Source of the DNA: an uncultured Candidatus Saccharibacteria bacterium
GTDB taxonomy: Bacteria > Patescibacteriota > Minisyncoccia > Phycocordibacterales > Phycocordibacteraceae
DNA: 64,000 nucleotides
Direction of reading: 5' to 3'
Assembly (NCBI GenBank): GCA_964652615.1
Contig: CAZZAT010000002.1
Span: 7,296 to 71,295, forward strand
Positions 54,835-64,000 of this stretch are shown piece after piece. The notes beneath the pieces were generated by a model that worked only from the letters and a program-made list of their open reading frames with translations, was not told where the DNA came from and did no database searches. How positions within the stretch are numbered: position 1 is the stretch's first letter; each line of letters begins with the position of its first letter. Position numbers and translations under genes: made by a program.

Positions 54835-57720
54835 ATGCGCCAAATCAAGAAAAGGAACGGAGAAATAGTTGATTTCAATACCGAAAAGATTACGAATGCG
54901 ATGCGTAAAGCGTTCCTCTCCATGAACGTTGCGATTTCCGAGAGCCAACTCTCTGATATGACAGGCCTTGTGGTGCAAGACATAGGGCGCTCGTTCCCTG
55001 AAGCGACTCCATCAGTCGAGCATGTGCAAGACCGCGTAGAGCTCGCACTCATGCGTGCCGGTTTTCATGAAGTTGCGAAGCATTACATCGTTTACCGCTA
55101 CGAGCACACGAAGATTCGCGAGGTAGAGCGACAAGAAGTGCTCGAGAAGATAGAAGAGGAGGGACTCCACATCACCACACGAAGCGGTGCGCTTGAGAAA
55201 TATTCGGAAGAACCGATTCGCAAAGTGCTTGCAAAGTGTATTGCAGAAGAGCACGCATCAGTCATCGATGTTGATGCGATTATGGCGCAGCTGAAGTACG
55301 AACTCTACGAAGGTATTGCAACGAAAGACCTAATGAAAGCGCTCATCATGGTGGTGCGCTCCATGATTGAACGCGATCATGCGTACTCAAAGCTCGCGGC
55401 GCGCATTCTCCTTCGCCAGATTTATGAAGAAGTGCTCGGTAAAGATGTATCTGATAAAGAACTTGCCGCAGCGCACGCTGCTGCATTTCGTCCATTGCTT
55501 TCGCGCGGTGTCGACATAGGGCGCATCGATGAGCGTCTGCTTTCGTTTAATGTTGAAGCACTTGCTGAAAAGATGGATCTCTCGCGCGACCTCCACTTTG
55601 ATTACTTGGGACTTCAAACACTCTACGATCGTTACTTCGTGCGCGATGACTCTACCAAGAAGGTGATTGAAACACCGCAGATGTTCTGGATGCGCGTTGC
55701 TATGGGTACGGCAGTACTTGAAAAGGAAGAGGTGCGCGAGGCACAAACCGAGGAGTTCTATCGCATCATGAGCGATTTCTACTACACGCCCTCAACGCCA
55801 ACCCTCTTCCATGCCGGAACGCCAAAACCCCAGCTTTCTTCCTGCTATCTGAACACGGTGCCAGATGACCTTAACGCTATTTTCAAGAGCTATGCGGACA
55901 ACGCACAGCTCTCAAAGTGGTCGGGAGGCATTGGTACTGACTGGACCTCGCTTCGTGCTACGGGCGCCTTTATTAAAGGTACCGGCGTTGAAAGCCAGGG
56001 CGTCATTCCGTTCCTTAAGATCGCAAACGATGTAACGGTTGCCATAAACCGTTCAGGAAGACGCCGCGGGGCAGCCTGCGTATACCTTGAAGTCTGGCAC
56101 TATGACTTCCTCGACTTCGCAGAGCTTCGTAAAAACACAGGCGATGAGCGCCGCCGCACTCATGACATGGATACGGCAAGCTGGATTCCTGACCTGTTTA
56201 TGAAGCGGGTTCGTGAGGGAGGGGACTGGACGCTCTTTTCTCCAGATGAGACGCCAGAACTTCATGAGATATACGGTGCAGCGTTTGATAAGCGCTATAT
56301 GGAGTACGAGGCGATGGCAGAGCGCGGCGAGATAAAGCTCTTCAAGAAGATTCCTGCAGGAGACGTATGGAAGAAAATAATCTCTATGCTCTTTGAAACG
56401 GGCCATCCATGGATTACGTGGAAGGATCCTTCAAACGTGCGCAGCCCGCAAGACCATGTGGGAGTCGTGCATAACTCAAACCTCTGCACGGAAATAACGC
56501 TCAACACGTCCGCAAACGAAACAGCAGTCTGTAACCTAGGCTCTTTGAACTTTGCGAAGTTCGTAACACCTGATGCGTCCGGCAAGCTTCGTTTCGACCA
56601 TGAGCTCACCGCATCTGTCGTGCGCACCTCGATGCGCATGCTCGATAACGTTATCGATATCAACTACTATCCAACTGAAGACGCAAAGCGAAGCAACATG
56701 CGTCATCGTCCTGTAGGACTTGGTCTTCGCGGGTTGCATGACGCGCTCTACCTTCTTGATATCAACTTCGATTCAGAAGCAGCAGTGGAATTCTCCGATC
56801 AGAGCATGGAAGTGGTTGCGTACTATGCGATACTTGCTTCCTCTGAACTTGCGAAAGAACGCGGTACCTATGAGACGTACAAAGGTTCGAAGTGGGATCG
56901 CGATATCTTCCCGCAGGACACCTTGAACCTGCTTGAAAAAGAGCGCGGCGAAGCAATTCCAACGCCTCGCGGTGGGAAGCTCGACTGGTCGCCGGTGCGC
57001 GCGCATGTGCGCCAGTACGGTATGCGCAACTCAAACACTATGGCGATAGCACCTACCGCAACAACCGCAAACATCGTAGGCTGTATCCCGACGACCGAGC
57101 CTATCTACAAGAACCTGTATGTGAAAAGCAACCAAGCGGGAGACTTCGTTATTATCAACAAGTATCTCGTCGAGGAATTGAAGAAGCACAATCTCTGGAA
57201 TGTAGGCATCTTGAACCGCATCAAGTATGCCGACGGTTCGGTCCAAGATATTGAAGAGATTCCAGCTACGGTACGCGCAAAGTACAAGGAAGTGTTTGAA
57301 ATCGACTCGAAGTGGCTTATCGATGCAGCAGCGAGAAGGAGTAAGTGGATAGACCAGTCGCAAAGCTTGAACATCTTCTATGCAGGCTCGTCTGGTAAGG
57401 ATCTTTCCGACATCTACTTCTACGCATGGAAGCTCGGCCTTAAGACCACCTACTACCTACGTACCCTAGGTGCATCACAGGTAGAGAAGTCGACGGTCTC
57501 CACCGCAGAATACGGCTCAACCCACACCAGAGGCGCAAAAATCATGTCTGCGGCTATGGCATCAATTGAAACACCAGAAGCGTCTACTGCTGTCGATGAA
57601 GTAGCTCCAAAGGTTGCACTCCCTATTCCTTCTGGATTCACTGCAGAAGAATGGAATGCAAAGCTTGCGCGAGTAGCAGCAGGAGAGGAGAGCGGCACGT
57701 GCGAGAGTTGCGAGGGATAG
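54835..57720 (+). CDS. nrdA: Ribonucleotide reductase class I large subunit with an N-terminal ATP cone
   Basis: An ATP cone (IKKRNGEIVDFNTEKITNA), the RNR catalytic barrel motifs (NLCTEI) and a C-terminal CESC redox pair. Confidence 0.9.
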   Translation: MRQIKKRNGEIVDFNTEKITNAMRKAFLSMNVAISESQLSDMTGLVVQDIGRSFPEATPSVEHVQDRVELALMRAGFHEVAKHYIVYRYEHTKIREVERQEVLEKIEEEGLHITTRSGALEKYSEEPIRKVLAKCIAEEHASVIDVDAIMAQLKYELYEGIATKDLMKALIMVVRSMIERDHAYSKLAARILLRQIYEEVLGKDVSDKELAAAHAAAFRPLLSRGVDIGRIDERLLSFNVEALAEKMDLSRDLHFDYLGLQTLYDRYFVRDDSTKKVIETPQMFWMRVAMGTAVLEKEEVREAQTEEFYRIMSDFYYTPSTPTLFHAGTPKPQLSSCYLNTVPDDLNAIFKSYADNAQLSKWSGGIGTDWTSLRATGAFIKGTGVESQGVIPFLKIANDVTVAINRSGRRRGAACVYLEVWHYDFLDFAELRKNTGDERRRTHDMDTASWIPDLFMKRVREGGDWTLFSPDETPELHEIYGAAFDKRYMEYEAMAERGEIKLFKKIPAGDVWKKIISMLFETGHPWITWKDPSNVRSPQDHVGVVHNSNLCTEITLNTSANETAVCNLGSLNFAKFVTPDASGKLRFDHELTASVVRTSMRMLDNVIDINYYPTEDAKRSNMRHRPVGLGLRGLHDALYLLDINFDSEAAVEFSDQSMEVVAYYAILASSELAKERGTYETYKGSKWDRDIFPQDTLNLLEKERGEAIPTPRGGKLDWSPVRAHVRQYGMRNSNTMAIAPTATTANIVGCIPTTEPIYKNLYVKSNQAGDFVIINKYLVEELKKHNLWNVGILNRIKYADGSVQDIEEIPATVRAKYKEVFEIDSKWLIDAAARRSKWIDQSQSLNIFYAGSSGKDLSDIYFYAWKLGLKTTYYLRTLGASQVEKSTVSTAEYGSTHTRGAKIMSAAMASIETPEASTAVDEVAPKVALPIPSGFTAEEWNAKLARVAAGEESGTCESCEG

Positions 57721-57741
57721 CAAGGACTCTATACAAGAAAT

Positions 57742-57768
57742 CGGACCGCCCCCTAGTGGGGCGGTCCG
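57742..57768 (-). terminator. Hairpin terminator (T-tract on the minus strand)
   Basis: cggaccgcccc-ctagt-ggggcggtccg. Confidence 0.5.
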
Positions 57769-57773
57769 AAGTA

Positions 57774-58295
57774 TTACCGGATGAAGCAGAGTTCACCATC
57801 AGCCCTATCAGGACTGTCCATCCAAGCTTGGTACGCCATGCCAATAAGCATTTCAGCGACCATGCCGGAAATCATCTTGTCGAGCCATGGCTTTACGCCA
57901 GAGCACGCAACCACGATGCCGCCGCGCTTTACGCCGCCCCAAAACGGGGTGTCACCGCCCATAAGGAGGTGCGGCATGATGTCGGTCTGCTCGATGTTCT
58001 GGCCTTGCCAAAGCTGCAGCGCCTTCGATCGTGCGATTTCCTTGAATGGATACGGAAACTTTTGCGGATTTCCGTAGGACGCTTCGTGGAGTAGGGCAGG
58101 CTCGATGATTGCGCCTTTGGGCCAGAACGGCGCCTGCATCGATGCTTGGTTTTGTATATCCGGCACAAGCACCACGATATGTGCTTGCATGCGGTGAGGT
58201 TTCAAGCCGCTTGAAGGCGTCTCGAAGACGATGTCGCATACGGACGTAATGGCCCGCTCTGCCATGTTTTTTGTAAGGAACCGAGGAGTACTCAC
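57774..58295 (-). CDS. GlcG/HbpS-like (DUF336) protein
   Basis: GGDTPFWGGVKRGGIVVACSG resembles the DUF336 GG.P...GG..IG.SG signature; GTG start after AAGGAG. Confidence 0.45.
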   Translation of the reverse strand: MSTPRFLTKNMAERAITSVCDIVFETPSSGLKPHRMQAHIVVLVPDIQNQASMQAPFWPKGAIIEPALLHEASYGNPQKFPYPFKEIARSKALQLWQGQNIEQTDIMPHLLMGGDTPFWGGVKRGGIVVACSGVKPWLDKMISGMVAEMLIGMAYQAWMDSPDRADGELCFIR

Positions 58296-58366
58296 GTTTC
58301 TCTCCTTAAGCGCTCCATGCGCTGTGAGGGGATATAACCATTTGAGAAGAGGATAGTCAAAAGAAA

Positions 58367-58393
58367 CCGCCGCAGGCTGAAAGCCTGCGGCGG
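58367..58393 (-). terminator. Minus-strand intrinsic terminator
   Basis: ccgccgcaggct-gaa-agcctgcggcgg; a tttcttttgac run follows it on the minus strand. Confidence 0.5.
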
Positions 58394-58400
58394 GAAGTCT

Positions 58401-58862
58401 TTATGCGACCGATTTGCGCAGTATCGGAAGATCGAGCCGCAACAGACCGCCTCGGATTATTTGCACCTGTCTTTGGAAGTCTGGGTGCGTAATAGCCCGC
58501 TTTGTAAAGTCAGGATCTTTCACGTACATGTTTTTCCACGGAGTACACCATGCGGTGTATAAGAGACTTGCCGAAGCACCTGCTACCGGATACATGTCTG
58601 CAATTACGAGACTGTTTTCGCCGTCCTCTTCGAACGTGCGGCGCTGTAGTACGAGCCAGCTATGTTGCGAGCTCCTATCAAAGCGACCATCAACGACTTC
58701 GACATCGAAGATTCCTGCAAGCGCATGACATATGTGATGACAGGAAATCAGCGTCCCGTCGAGCAGGTTGTCGGGAAGGTTTTCTACCCGTGCTCGCATG
58801 TTCTTGAACATCTCGAAGTCTTCTCTCGAAATGTCCCCGTTTTCCACTGCATAAGGCGTCAT
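58401..58862 (-). CDS. Hypothetical protein (153 aa)
   Basis: ORF only. Confidence 0.45.
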   Translation of the reverse strand: MTPYAVENGDISREDFEMFKNMRARVENLPDNLLDGTLISCHHICHALAGIFDVEVVDGRFDRSSQHSWLVLQRRTFEEDGENSLVIADMYPVAGASASLLYTAWCTPWKNMYVKDPDFTKRAITHPDFQRQVQIIRGGLLRLDLPILRKSVA

Positions 58863-58928
58863 ATTCGCCCTCCTTTCTGTCCGTTTCGCATCCTACCCGA
58901 CCCGCCTTCGAAAGGGAAGTAAAATGCT

Positions 58929-59198
58929 ATGCTGTCCTTTATGGAAATGAGCCAAGAAGAAGCGATGCGCCTTGCGAGAGAGCGCATGAAAAGGGAAGCC
59001 GCTCTTCAGGGACGTCTCGCGATGCATCTTTATAAAGGGGAAGAGAACGCTCTCATGCGCTGGTCAGAGGATGTGCCGAACTCTCCTTCAGATAGATTCC
59101 GTGCGTATATTTCAGACCATCCTGAAGTAAATCTCAATGCCTCTTCCCCTGAAGAGTTAGAGGCAGTGCTTAAAGCTGCTGGTATCACGATTCATTAA
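58929..59198 (+). CDS. Hypothetical small protein (89 aa)
   Basis: GAAAGGGAAG upstream of the ATG. Confidence 0.4.
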   Translation: MLSFMEMSQEEAMRLARERMKREAALQGRLAMHLYKGEENALMRWSEDVPNSPSDRFRAYISDHPEVNLNASSPEELEAVLKAAGITIH

Positions 59199-59347
59199 TA
59201 TAGAGTAAATACAGCATATTTTTCATATGCCACAGAATGTGTCGTACTAGACGCTTTCCACATTGCGTAGAGGACCCTCTAGAGGGAAAATAGGGGGACT
59301 AACCCCGAGATTACGAACTCGAATTATTCCATAACCTGTACCTTCGT

Positions 59348-60382
59348 ATGCCCATCAATAAAGGAGCCCCAGCGGTCGACATTAATGCACGCCGCATTAT
59401 TAATGGAAAAGACGCTGACGTCATGCAGCTCTATCCCATGCGCTACAAGTTTGCGTGGGAAGCGTATATGGCTGGAAATGCCAACCACTGGCTCCCAACA
59501 GAGATTGGTATGCAGCGTGATATCGAGCAGTGGAAGAGTCCGACCGCTCTAACTCCAGACGAGCGCCGCGCATTTGAAACCGTACTTGGTTTCTTTACAA
59601 CCGCAGACTCTATCGCTGCAAATAACGTGGTGCTTGCCCTCTATAAGCACATCACGGCACCCGAGTGCCGCATGTATCTTCTTCGCCAAGGATACGAAGA
59701 GGCGATACACACCCATGCCTACCAGTACATCGTGGAGTCGCTTGGCATGGACGAGTCTCGCGTCTTCAATATGTACCGCGAGATAGACGCTATCTACCAG
59801 AAAGACAACATGGTGCTTTCTCTAAACGAAGGCATTTTTGATCCGGCGTTTAAGACAGGCACTCTAGAAAACGATCAGAAGTTCCTTGAGAACCTCATTG
59901 TCTTCTCGCTCGTCATGGAAGGCATCTTCTTCTACTCATCGTTTGCGGTTATGTTCGGCTTCCAGCGCCAGAACAAGCTCACGGGCTCTGCAGAGCAGAT
60001 CCAGTACATCATGCGCGATGAATCCCAGCACTTGAACTTCGGCATCAACATGATTAATGCCATCAAAGAAGACCAGCCAGAGCTGTGGTCGCCAGCCTTC
60101 CAGGCGCACGTCATTGATCTTATAAAGCGTGCGGTCGCCCTCGAATACACGTTTGCAACCGAAGTCTTCCCGAAGGGAATCTTTGGCATGAACGCACAGG
60201 GCTTCAAGCAGTACATCGAGCACATTGCTGATCGCCGTCTTGGGGCAGTGGGGCTTCCACCCCAGTACAAGGTAGAGAACCCGTTCACGTGGATGAGCGA
60301 GGCTGTCGACCTGAACAAGGAGAAGAACTTCTTTGAGACGAGAGTAACCGAGTACAAAGTGGGCGGCCAGCTCTCTTGGTAA
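59348..60382 (+). CDS. nrdB: Ribonucleotide reductase class I small subunit (R2)
   Basis: Di-iron ligand motifs (EAIHTHAY, MRDESQHLNFG) and the radical-site region FSLVMEGIFFYSSFA. Confidence 0.9.
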   Translation: MPINKGAPAVDINARRIINGKDADVMQLYPMRYKFAWEAYMAGNANHWLPTEIGMQRDIEQWKSPTALTPDERRAFETVLGFFTTADSIAANNVVLALYKHITAPECRMYLLRQGYEEAIHTHAYQYIVESLGMDESRVFNMYREIDAIYQKDNMVLSLNEGIFDPAFKTGTLENDQKFLENLIVFSLVMEGIFFYSSFAVMFGFQRQNKLTGSAEQIQYIMRDESQHLNFGINMINAIKEDQPELWSPAFQAHVIDLIKRAVALEYTFATEVFPKGIFGMNAQGFKQYIEHIADRRLGAVGLPPQYKVENPFTWMSEAVDLNKEKNFFETRVTEYKVGGQLSW

Positions 60383-60385
60383 GCC

Positions 60386-60412
60386 AAAAGCCCCGCCGCA
60401 GCGGGGCTTTTG
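60386..60412 (+). terminator. Intrinsic terminator
   Basis: aaaagccccgc-cgca-gcggggctttt. Confidence 0.75.
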
Positions 60413-60602
60413 CTATAGGTGCATGGTAGAAAAGGCTAGATTTTCGTAAAAAGGCCAGTTATCAAGGGCCGTAGCTCCCTTTATACAAAATCAACCCAGA
60501 AGATTTGATGAAGTCCCTTTTCGGGGGTGTTAATATATGGCTTATTTACTGCATATTATGGCATTTCTACTCTTGACATAAAGAATAAGAATGTCATGGG
60601 TA

Positions 60603-60631
60603 TTGACTTTTTGGCTTGATTTTGCTATCCT
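60603..60631 (+). promoter_or_regulatory. Putative promoter for the 3D-domain gene
   Basis: TTGACT, a 17-nt spacer, then TATCCT. Confidence 0.35.
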
Positions 60632-60666
60632 CTCCTGCAAGAGACGGCGAAAGCCGTTTCGTCTTT

Positions 60667-61281
60667 ATGCCAGTTATCACCGTAGCCCTTATGGGCTTTT
60701 TTGCTTTCGCAGGCGGCCCCGCAGCCCCCGTGGAAGCAATACCTGAAAGCGTCATGAGCGAGACGGCAGCAGAAGCTGCTATCGCGCTCCACGAGACGCC
60801 GGTGCTTGCGCGTAACTCGGTTGAAGACGTCTACACCGTTAAGCTCACCTCATATAACGCGGTGCCAGAGCAGACTGACAGTACGCCAGACGTTACTGCT
60901 TCGGGCCTTGCTACAAACCCTGAAGTCGTTGCTGCCCGTTCGGTAGACCTTAAGGGCGAGCTTCCGTGGGGTACCGTTATTGCCCTTACGCGTACTGCAG
61001 GCGACACGGAGAACTGCCGCTTTAACAAGGTAGAGCACCTCATTGGCTACCGCGTCATTGCCGACTCCATGCATTCAAGAAAGCGTAACCAAATCGACGT
61101 GCTTCTCGACCAGAAGGATACCGTCGAGGTGCATGGCAAGGAGACGAACCCTTCGGTTGCTCTTGGCGTATGTGATGAAGTGACGATGCGCGTTATCGGC
61201 CAGCTCCGCCTAAGCGATATTCCAAAGACGCAGGAGGAACTCCGCCGCATTGTTGAGGGCGACAAGTTCGCACTTCGCTAA
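60667..61281 (+). CDS. 3D-domain (YuiC/MltA-like) cell-wall-binding protein
   Basis: A signal anchor followed by a 3D-domain pattern (VKLTSYNAVPEQTDSTPDVTASGLATNPEVVAARSVDLKGELPWGTVIAL). Confidence 0.6.
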   Translation: MPVITVALMGFFAFAGGPAAPVEAIPESVMSETAAEAAIALHETPVLARNSVEDVYTVKLTSYNAVPEQTDSTPDVTASGLATNPEVVAARSVDLKGELPWGTVIALTRTAGDTENCRFNKVEHLIGYRVIADSMHSRKRNQIDVLLDQKDTVEVHGKETNPSVALGVCDEVTMRVIGQLRLSDIPKTQEELRRIVEGDKFALR

Positions 61282-61390
61282 AAGCATAACGACACCGGCC
61301 AAAAGGCCGGTGTCTTGCTTTATATAGAAAGTACGGTATGGTGCTTCTTGTATTCAGCTACGATGGCTGGTGCTAAGAGAGGTAGGAACT

Positions 61391-61567
61391 ATGATCTTTC
61401 GAGGTAACAGAACGACAACTCCTGCCGTGCGTGAGCTTAAGAAGCCGCGACGGAATTTCGGGCCGTACCGCCCCGCCTATTTACACAACGGCGAAGATGA
61501 GCGGCTCCGGCGCGAAATGGAGGAAGAACACATCTTGAGGTTTAGAGAGCGTACGCGCTCTTTGTAA
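61391..61567 (+). CDS. Small basic protein (58 aa)
   Basis: GAGAGGTAGG upstream of the ATG; a terminator follows. Confidence 0.35.
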   Translation: MIFRGNRTTTPAVRELKKPRRNFGPYRPAYLHNGEDERLRREMEEEHILRFRERTRSL

Positions 61568-61578
61568 GCCAGTCATCG

Positions 61579-61614
61579 AAAAAGGCGCCAGCAACCTGCT
61601 GGCGCCTTTTAGTT
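61579..61614. terminator. Bidirectional terminator
   Basis: aaaaa-ggcgccagca-acc-tgctggcgcc-ttttagtttt. Confidence 0.65.
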
Positions 61615-62484
61615 TTAATCAAAGAAATCTATGAGGTATTCGTCGAGTGTGCGCTGATCGAGGTCGTAGAAATGCTTGCCGTCATCATGGAGGTCATCGG
61701 CAAGCTCTCTGCCGACGAAACGCCAATGCCATGGCTCATAGACGTAGTACGCGTTTCCCTTAGGGTAGGAGAGGGCAAAGCCATACTTATGGCCGTTTTC
61801 GCTAAGCCACTTGAAGCCCTCGGAGTCTTCAAAGGAAGACGTCCAGCCGGAGCCTAGTTCTTCGGTAGTAAAATCAAGCGTAATGCCTAGCTGGTGCTCG
61901 GAGTACCCCTGGTCTGCGGAAAATGCGTTTGCGCCGCTGCCGTAGCGCACAAGATAGTTTCCCTTCAAAATTGCTTGTGTTTCAAATGAGCGGTAGGCAG
62001 AAACGACGCGAAGCGAGACGCCGTCGTCTTCCGCATCCTCGAGCAGGGACTCAAGGTGCGGCCAGACTTCCGTATGGAAATACTCCTCTTGGCCGCCGTA
62101 GGTCCACTTCGTAGGGATTTGCGTGAGACCAGAGGGGACATAGTTCTCATTCAAGAAATACACTTTCGAGTACTTCTGCAGCAGTTCGGGATCGGTCTTT
62201 GCGAGCTTATCAAGTCTTCCTACCGTGCCTGAAATATCTTGGATACGCTCTTCAAAAGCATCATTTCGCTTCTGCTCGGAAGCAAGCGCTTCAGAAAGCT
62301 CCTTATTGTCATACTGTGCCTTAACAAGCTCTGCTTCAAGAGACGCAGCAGTAGACGAGGCGTGGGAGAGCTCGCCTTCGGTTTTCGTAAGCTTTTCGTA
62401 CCCAAGGAAGAGCGCTCCGAGACTTCCAAGCAGAGCAACTCCGAGGACGACGAGACCATGCTTCGCTTTCATATACTCGGGCAT
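61615..62484 (-). CDS. D-alanyl-D-alanine carboxypeptidase (peptidase M15B, VanY-like), membrane anchored
   Basis: SAYRSFETQ, SEHQLGITLD and YEPWHWRFVG motifs. The listed ORF starts at a GTG that overlaps the upstream gene, so the start is placed at an internal Met and is uncertain. Confidence 0.7.
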   Translation of the reverse strand: MPEYMKAKHGLVVLGVALLGSLGALFLGYEKLTKTEGELSHASSTAASLEAELVKAQYDNKELSEALASEQKRNDAFEERIQDISGTVGRLDKLAKTDPELLQKYSKVYFLNENYVPSGLTQIPTKWTYGGQEEYFHTEVWPHLESLLEDAEDDGVSLRVVSAYRSFETQAILKGNYLVRYGSGANAFSADQGYSEHQLGITLDFTTEELGSGWTSSFEDSEGFKWLSENGHKYGFALSYPKGNAYYVYEPWHWRFVGRELADDLHDDGKHFYDLDQRTLDEYLIDFFD

Positions 62485-62501
62485 CCTAGCACATATTCCC
62501 C

Positions 62502-63125
62502 CTAGGTACGCGGATCTGACTTTTCCCACTCGATACGGTCAAGCGAGGAGCGCTCAAAAGAGGTTGCAGGACGGATGCGTCGTTTATTTATTTCGGGGAT
62601 AAGGGGGAAGTGGTTTGACGCGCGCAGCTGGTAGGCAAAATCCCAAAGCTCTCCATCGTGCGTGACCCATGCATAGGAGCGCGGCAGCCGAAAAGGTTTT
62701 GAGTATGCTCGCAACGTCTTTATTCCATACTCGAAGCTGAAGTACTCGTGGAAGTACGAGAGTGCAAGCTCGCGCAGCGTCTTATACACCGGATCGCGAT
62801 AGCGCAGCACCGCATGGTTTGTTTTTGAGAGCGCTCCCCAGTACCCATTTTCTTTAAAGAGAGCAACGGCATGGTCTTCATCGCCAGGGGCGGTATAGAA
62901 GTTCATAAGGAGAGCGGGGCGGCCATGGAAAGCGAGAACTGCTGCTCCAAACAAAGCCCCTTCAAGGCAGTGTATTTTTCGATGCTCCATAACCAGTCGC
63001 GGAGAGTAGCAGGTTTCTCCGCCCTTCTCGTGGTTTATTGGCAGCTCATCAAGAAAGTCTTGTATCTTCTCTGGTGTTTTGAGCTTTTGAAAGAGCGCTC
63101 GTTCTGCGCTTGTGAGTGCGTCCAT
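62502..63125 (-). CDS. Hypothetical protein (207 aa), possibly a papain-like Cys/His fold
   Basis: ORF; conserved-looking Cys (ETCYSP) and His (DEDHAV) residues; no family assigned. Confidence 0.45.
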   Translation of the reverse strand: MDALTSAERALFQKLKTPEKIQDFLDELPINHEKGGETCYSPRLVMEHRKIHCLEGALFGAAVLAFHGRPALLMNFYTAPGDEDHAVALFKENGYWGALSKTNHAVLRYRDPVYKTLRELALSYFHEYFSFEYGIKTLRAYSKPFRLPRSYAWVTHDGELWDFAYQLRASNHFPLIPEINKRRIRPATSFERSSLDRIEWEKSDPRT

Positions 63126-63194
63126 ATCTCTACGGTAGCACGGTGCATGTAAGAAACATGGCGCAGATGCGTCATAGTACGTATACTACCTACA

Positions 63195-64000
63195 ATGAAT
63201 CGCTTCGTACTTATCGCGCTTCTCTTTGCGCTTATGCTTCCTGCGCCTACGTCAGCTGCTTCGTTTGAAGTATCTGGCTGGATACCGTACTGGGCATCGT
63301 CAGACGGTACGCGTTCAGCACGCAAAAACCTTGATTCACTTACTGCAGTCATGCCGTTTTCACATACCGTTAAGAGCGACGGTACGCTAAACGATCTCGC
63401 AAAACTCTCAAAGAGCACATGGAAGCGCCTTATAAGCGATGCAAAGCGTGATGGTGTGCGTGTGACGCCTACCATCATGACAAGTGATGGTGCGCTGGTA
63501 CATACGCTTCTTTCAAATGAGAAGCTTCGTGAGAAGCATATTGAGGAAATAGTCGAGATGGTCCGCAAGGGAAAGTATGATGGCGTCGATATAGATTATG
63601 AGGGCAAGCGCTCTGCAAGTCGCCCCTACTTCTCCCTTTTTCTAAAAGAGCTTAAGGAAGAGCTCGATGGCAAGTTTCTTTCGTGCGCCATAGAAGCGAG
63701 AACGCCGCCAGATTCCCTCTACCGCACGGTGCCAGCAGTCATTGAATATGCAAATGACCTTAAGGAGATAGGGAAATACTGTGACCGCGTTAACGTCATG
63801 ACCTATGACCAGCAACGAGCAGACTTGAAGCTTAACGATGCACGCAAAGGTTCTCCCTACTATCCTGTTGCCGATCCTGAATGGGTGAAGAAGGTTATCG
63901 AGTACATGGCACGCGATATTTCAAAAGATAAGCTTGTCATAGGTGTTGCAAGCTATGGACGCGAAGTCGCGCTCACGGTTGCACCTGACTGGTTTCAGTC
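63195..64000 (+). CDS. Glycoside hydrolase family 18 domain protein (3' end outside window)
   Basis: Absent from the ORF track because there is no in-window stop. It has a signal peptide (MNRFVLIALLFALMLPAPTSAAS), GWIPYW, and the GH18 catalytic motif DGVDIDYE. The frame stays open to the window end; this was checked by manual translation. Confidence 0.7.
   Translation, partial: MNRFVLIALLFALMLPAPTSAASFEVSGWIPYWASSDGTRSARKNLDSLTAVMPFSHTVKSDGTLNDLAKLSKSTWKRLISDAKRDGVRVTPTIMTSDGALVHTLLSNEKLREKHIEEIVEMVRKGKYDGVDIDYEGKRSASRPYFSLFLKELKEELDGKFLSCAIEARTPPDSLYRTVPAVIEYANDLKEIGKYCDRVNVMTYDQQRADLKLNDARKGSPYYPVADPEWVKKVIEYMARDISKDKLVIGVASYGREVALTVAPDWFQ

Noticed and set aside
53393-58393. Recurring ccgccc...gggcgg GC-rich inverted repeats, a possible CRISPR array or REP-like repeat family
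   Set aside because: They are not regularly spaced and there is no repeat-spacer periodicity. Each sits at a gene end with an adjacent T- or A-tract, so they are ordinary intrinsic terminators. Two are near-identical because the flanking genes are paralogs.
63035-63568. 177-aa minus-strand ORF
   Set aside because: It overlaps the GH18 gene, which has a signal peptide and the DxDxDxE catalytic motif on the plus strand.

Overview
The window is a compact, gene-dense bacterial chromosome segment, moderately GC-rich by eye. It is dominated by core information-processing genes: gyrB (3' end), thrS, an intein-containing dnaE, rnhB, rpmF, nusB, rnc, smc, rnr, rpsP, a KH-domain gene, trmD, rpoB, rpoC, dnaG, rpoD, hisS, prmC and class I nrdA/nrdB. 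Accessory islands sit between these blocks. (1) 0.7-6.5 kb is a sortase locus: a CARDB-domain membrane protein, a sortase, three secreted or membrane-anchored hypotheticals, each with its own promoter-like and terminator-like elements, and an LPxTG-type (LPYTG) surface protein with an extreme Tyr/Asp-rich tandem-repeat region. (2) 45.4-51.2 kb is a mannoside-phosphorolysis cluster: three GH130 domains in two genes, a PMI-type cupin, and a eukaryotic-type phosphomannomutase fused to an FAD-linked oxidase. (3) 60.6-64 kb is a cell-wall remodelling cluster: a 3D-domain protein, a VanY-like M15 carboxypeptidase and a GH18 protein. (4) There are many small membrane-protein ORFs, including a tandem paralogous pair. 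Several essential proteins are minimal versions (ThrRS without an N-terminal editing domain, a 739-aa SMC, a short HemK), and a sortase sits alongside an otherwise streamlined gene set. Together these suggest a reduced-genome organism with a Gram-positive-type envelope, possibly CPR/Patescibacteria-like; this is an inference. Notable anomalies: a full-size intein with a LAGLIDADG-like endonuclease inside dnaE at the GFNK|SH motif; a DnaG whose CHC2 zinc ligands are mostly replaced; a NusB with a Nudix-like C-terminal domain; an unannotated 39-aa Cys/His-rich peptide gene; and a structured approximately 150-200 nt intergenic element ending in a UUCG-capped terminator upstream of rpsP. No CRISPR array, rRNA or convincing tRNA was seen. 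All calls come from reading the sequence and the ORF track by eye; no searches were run.
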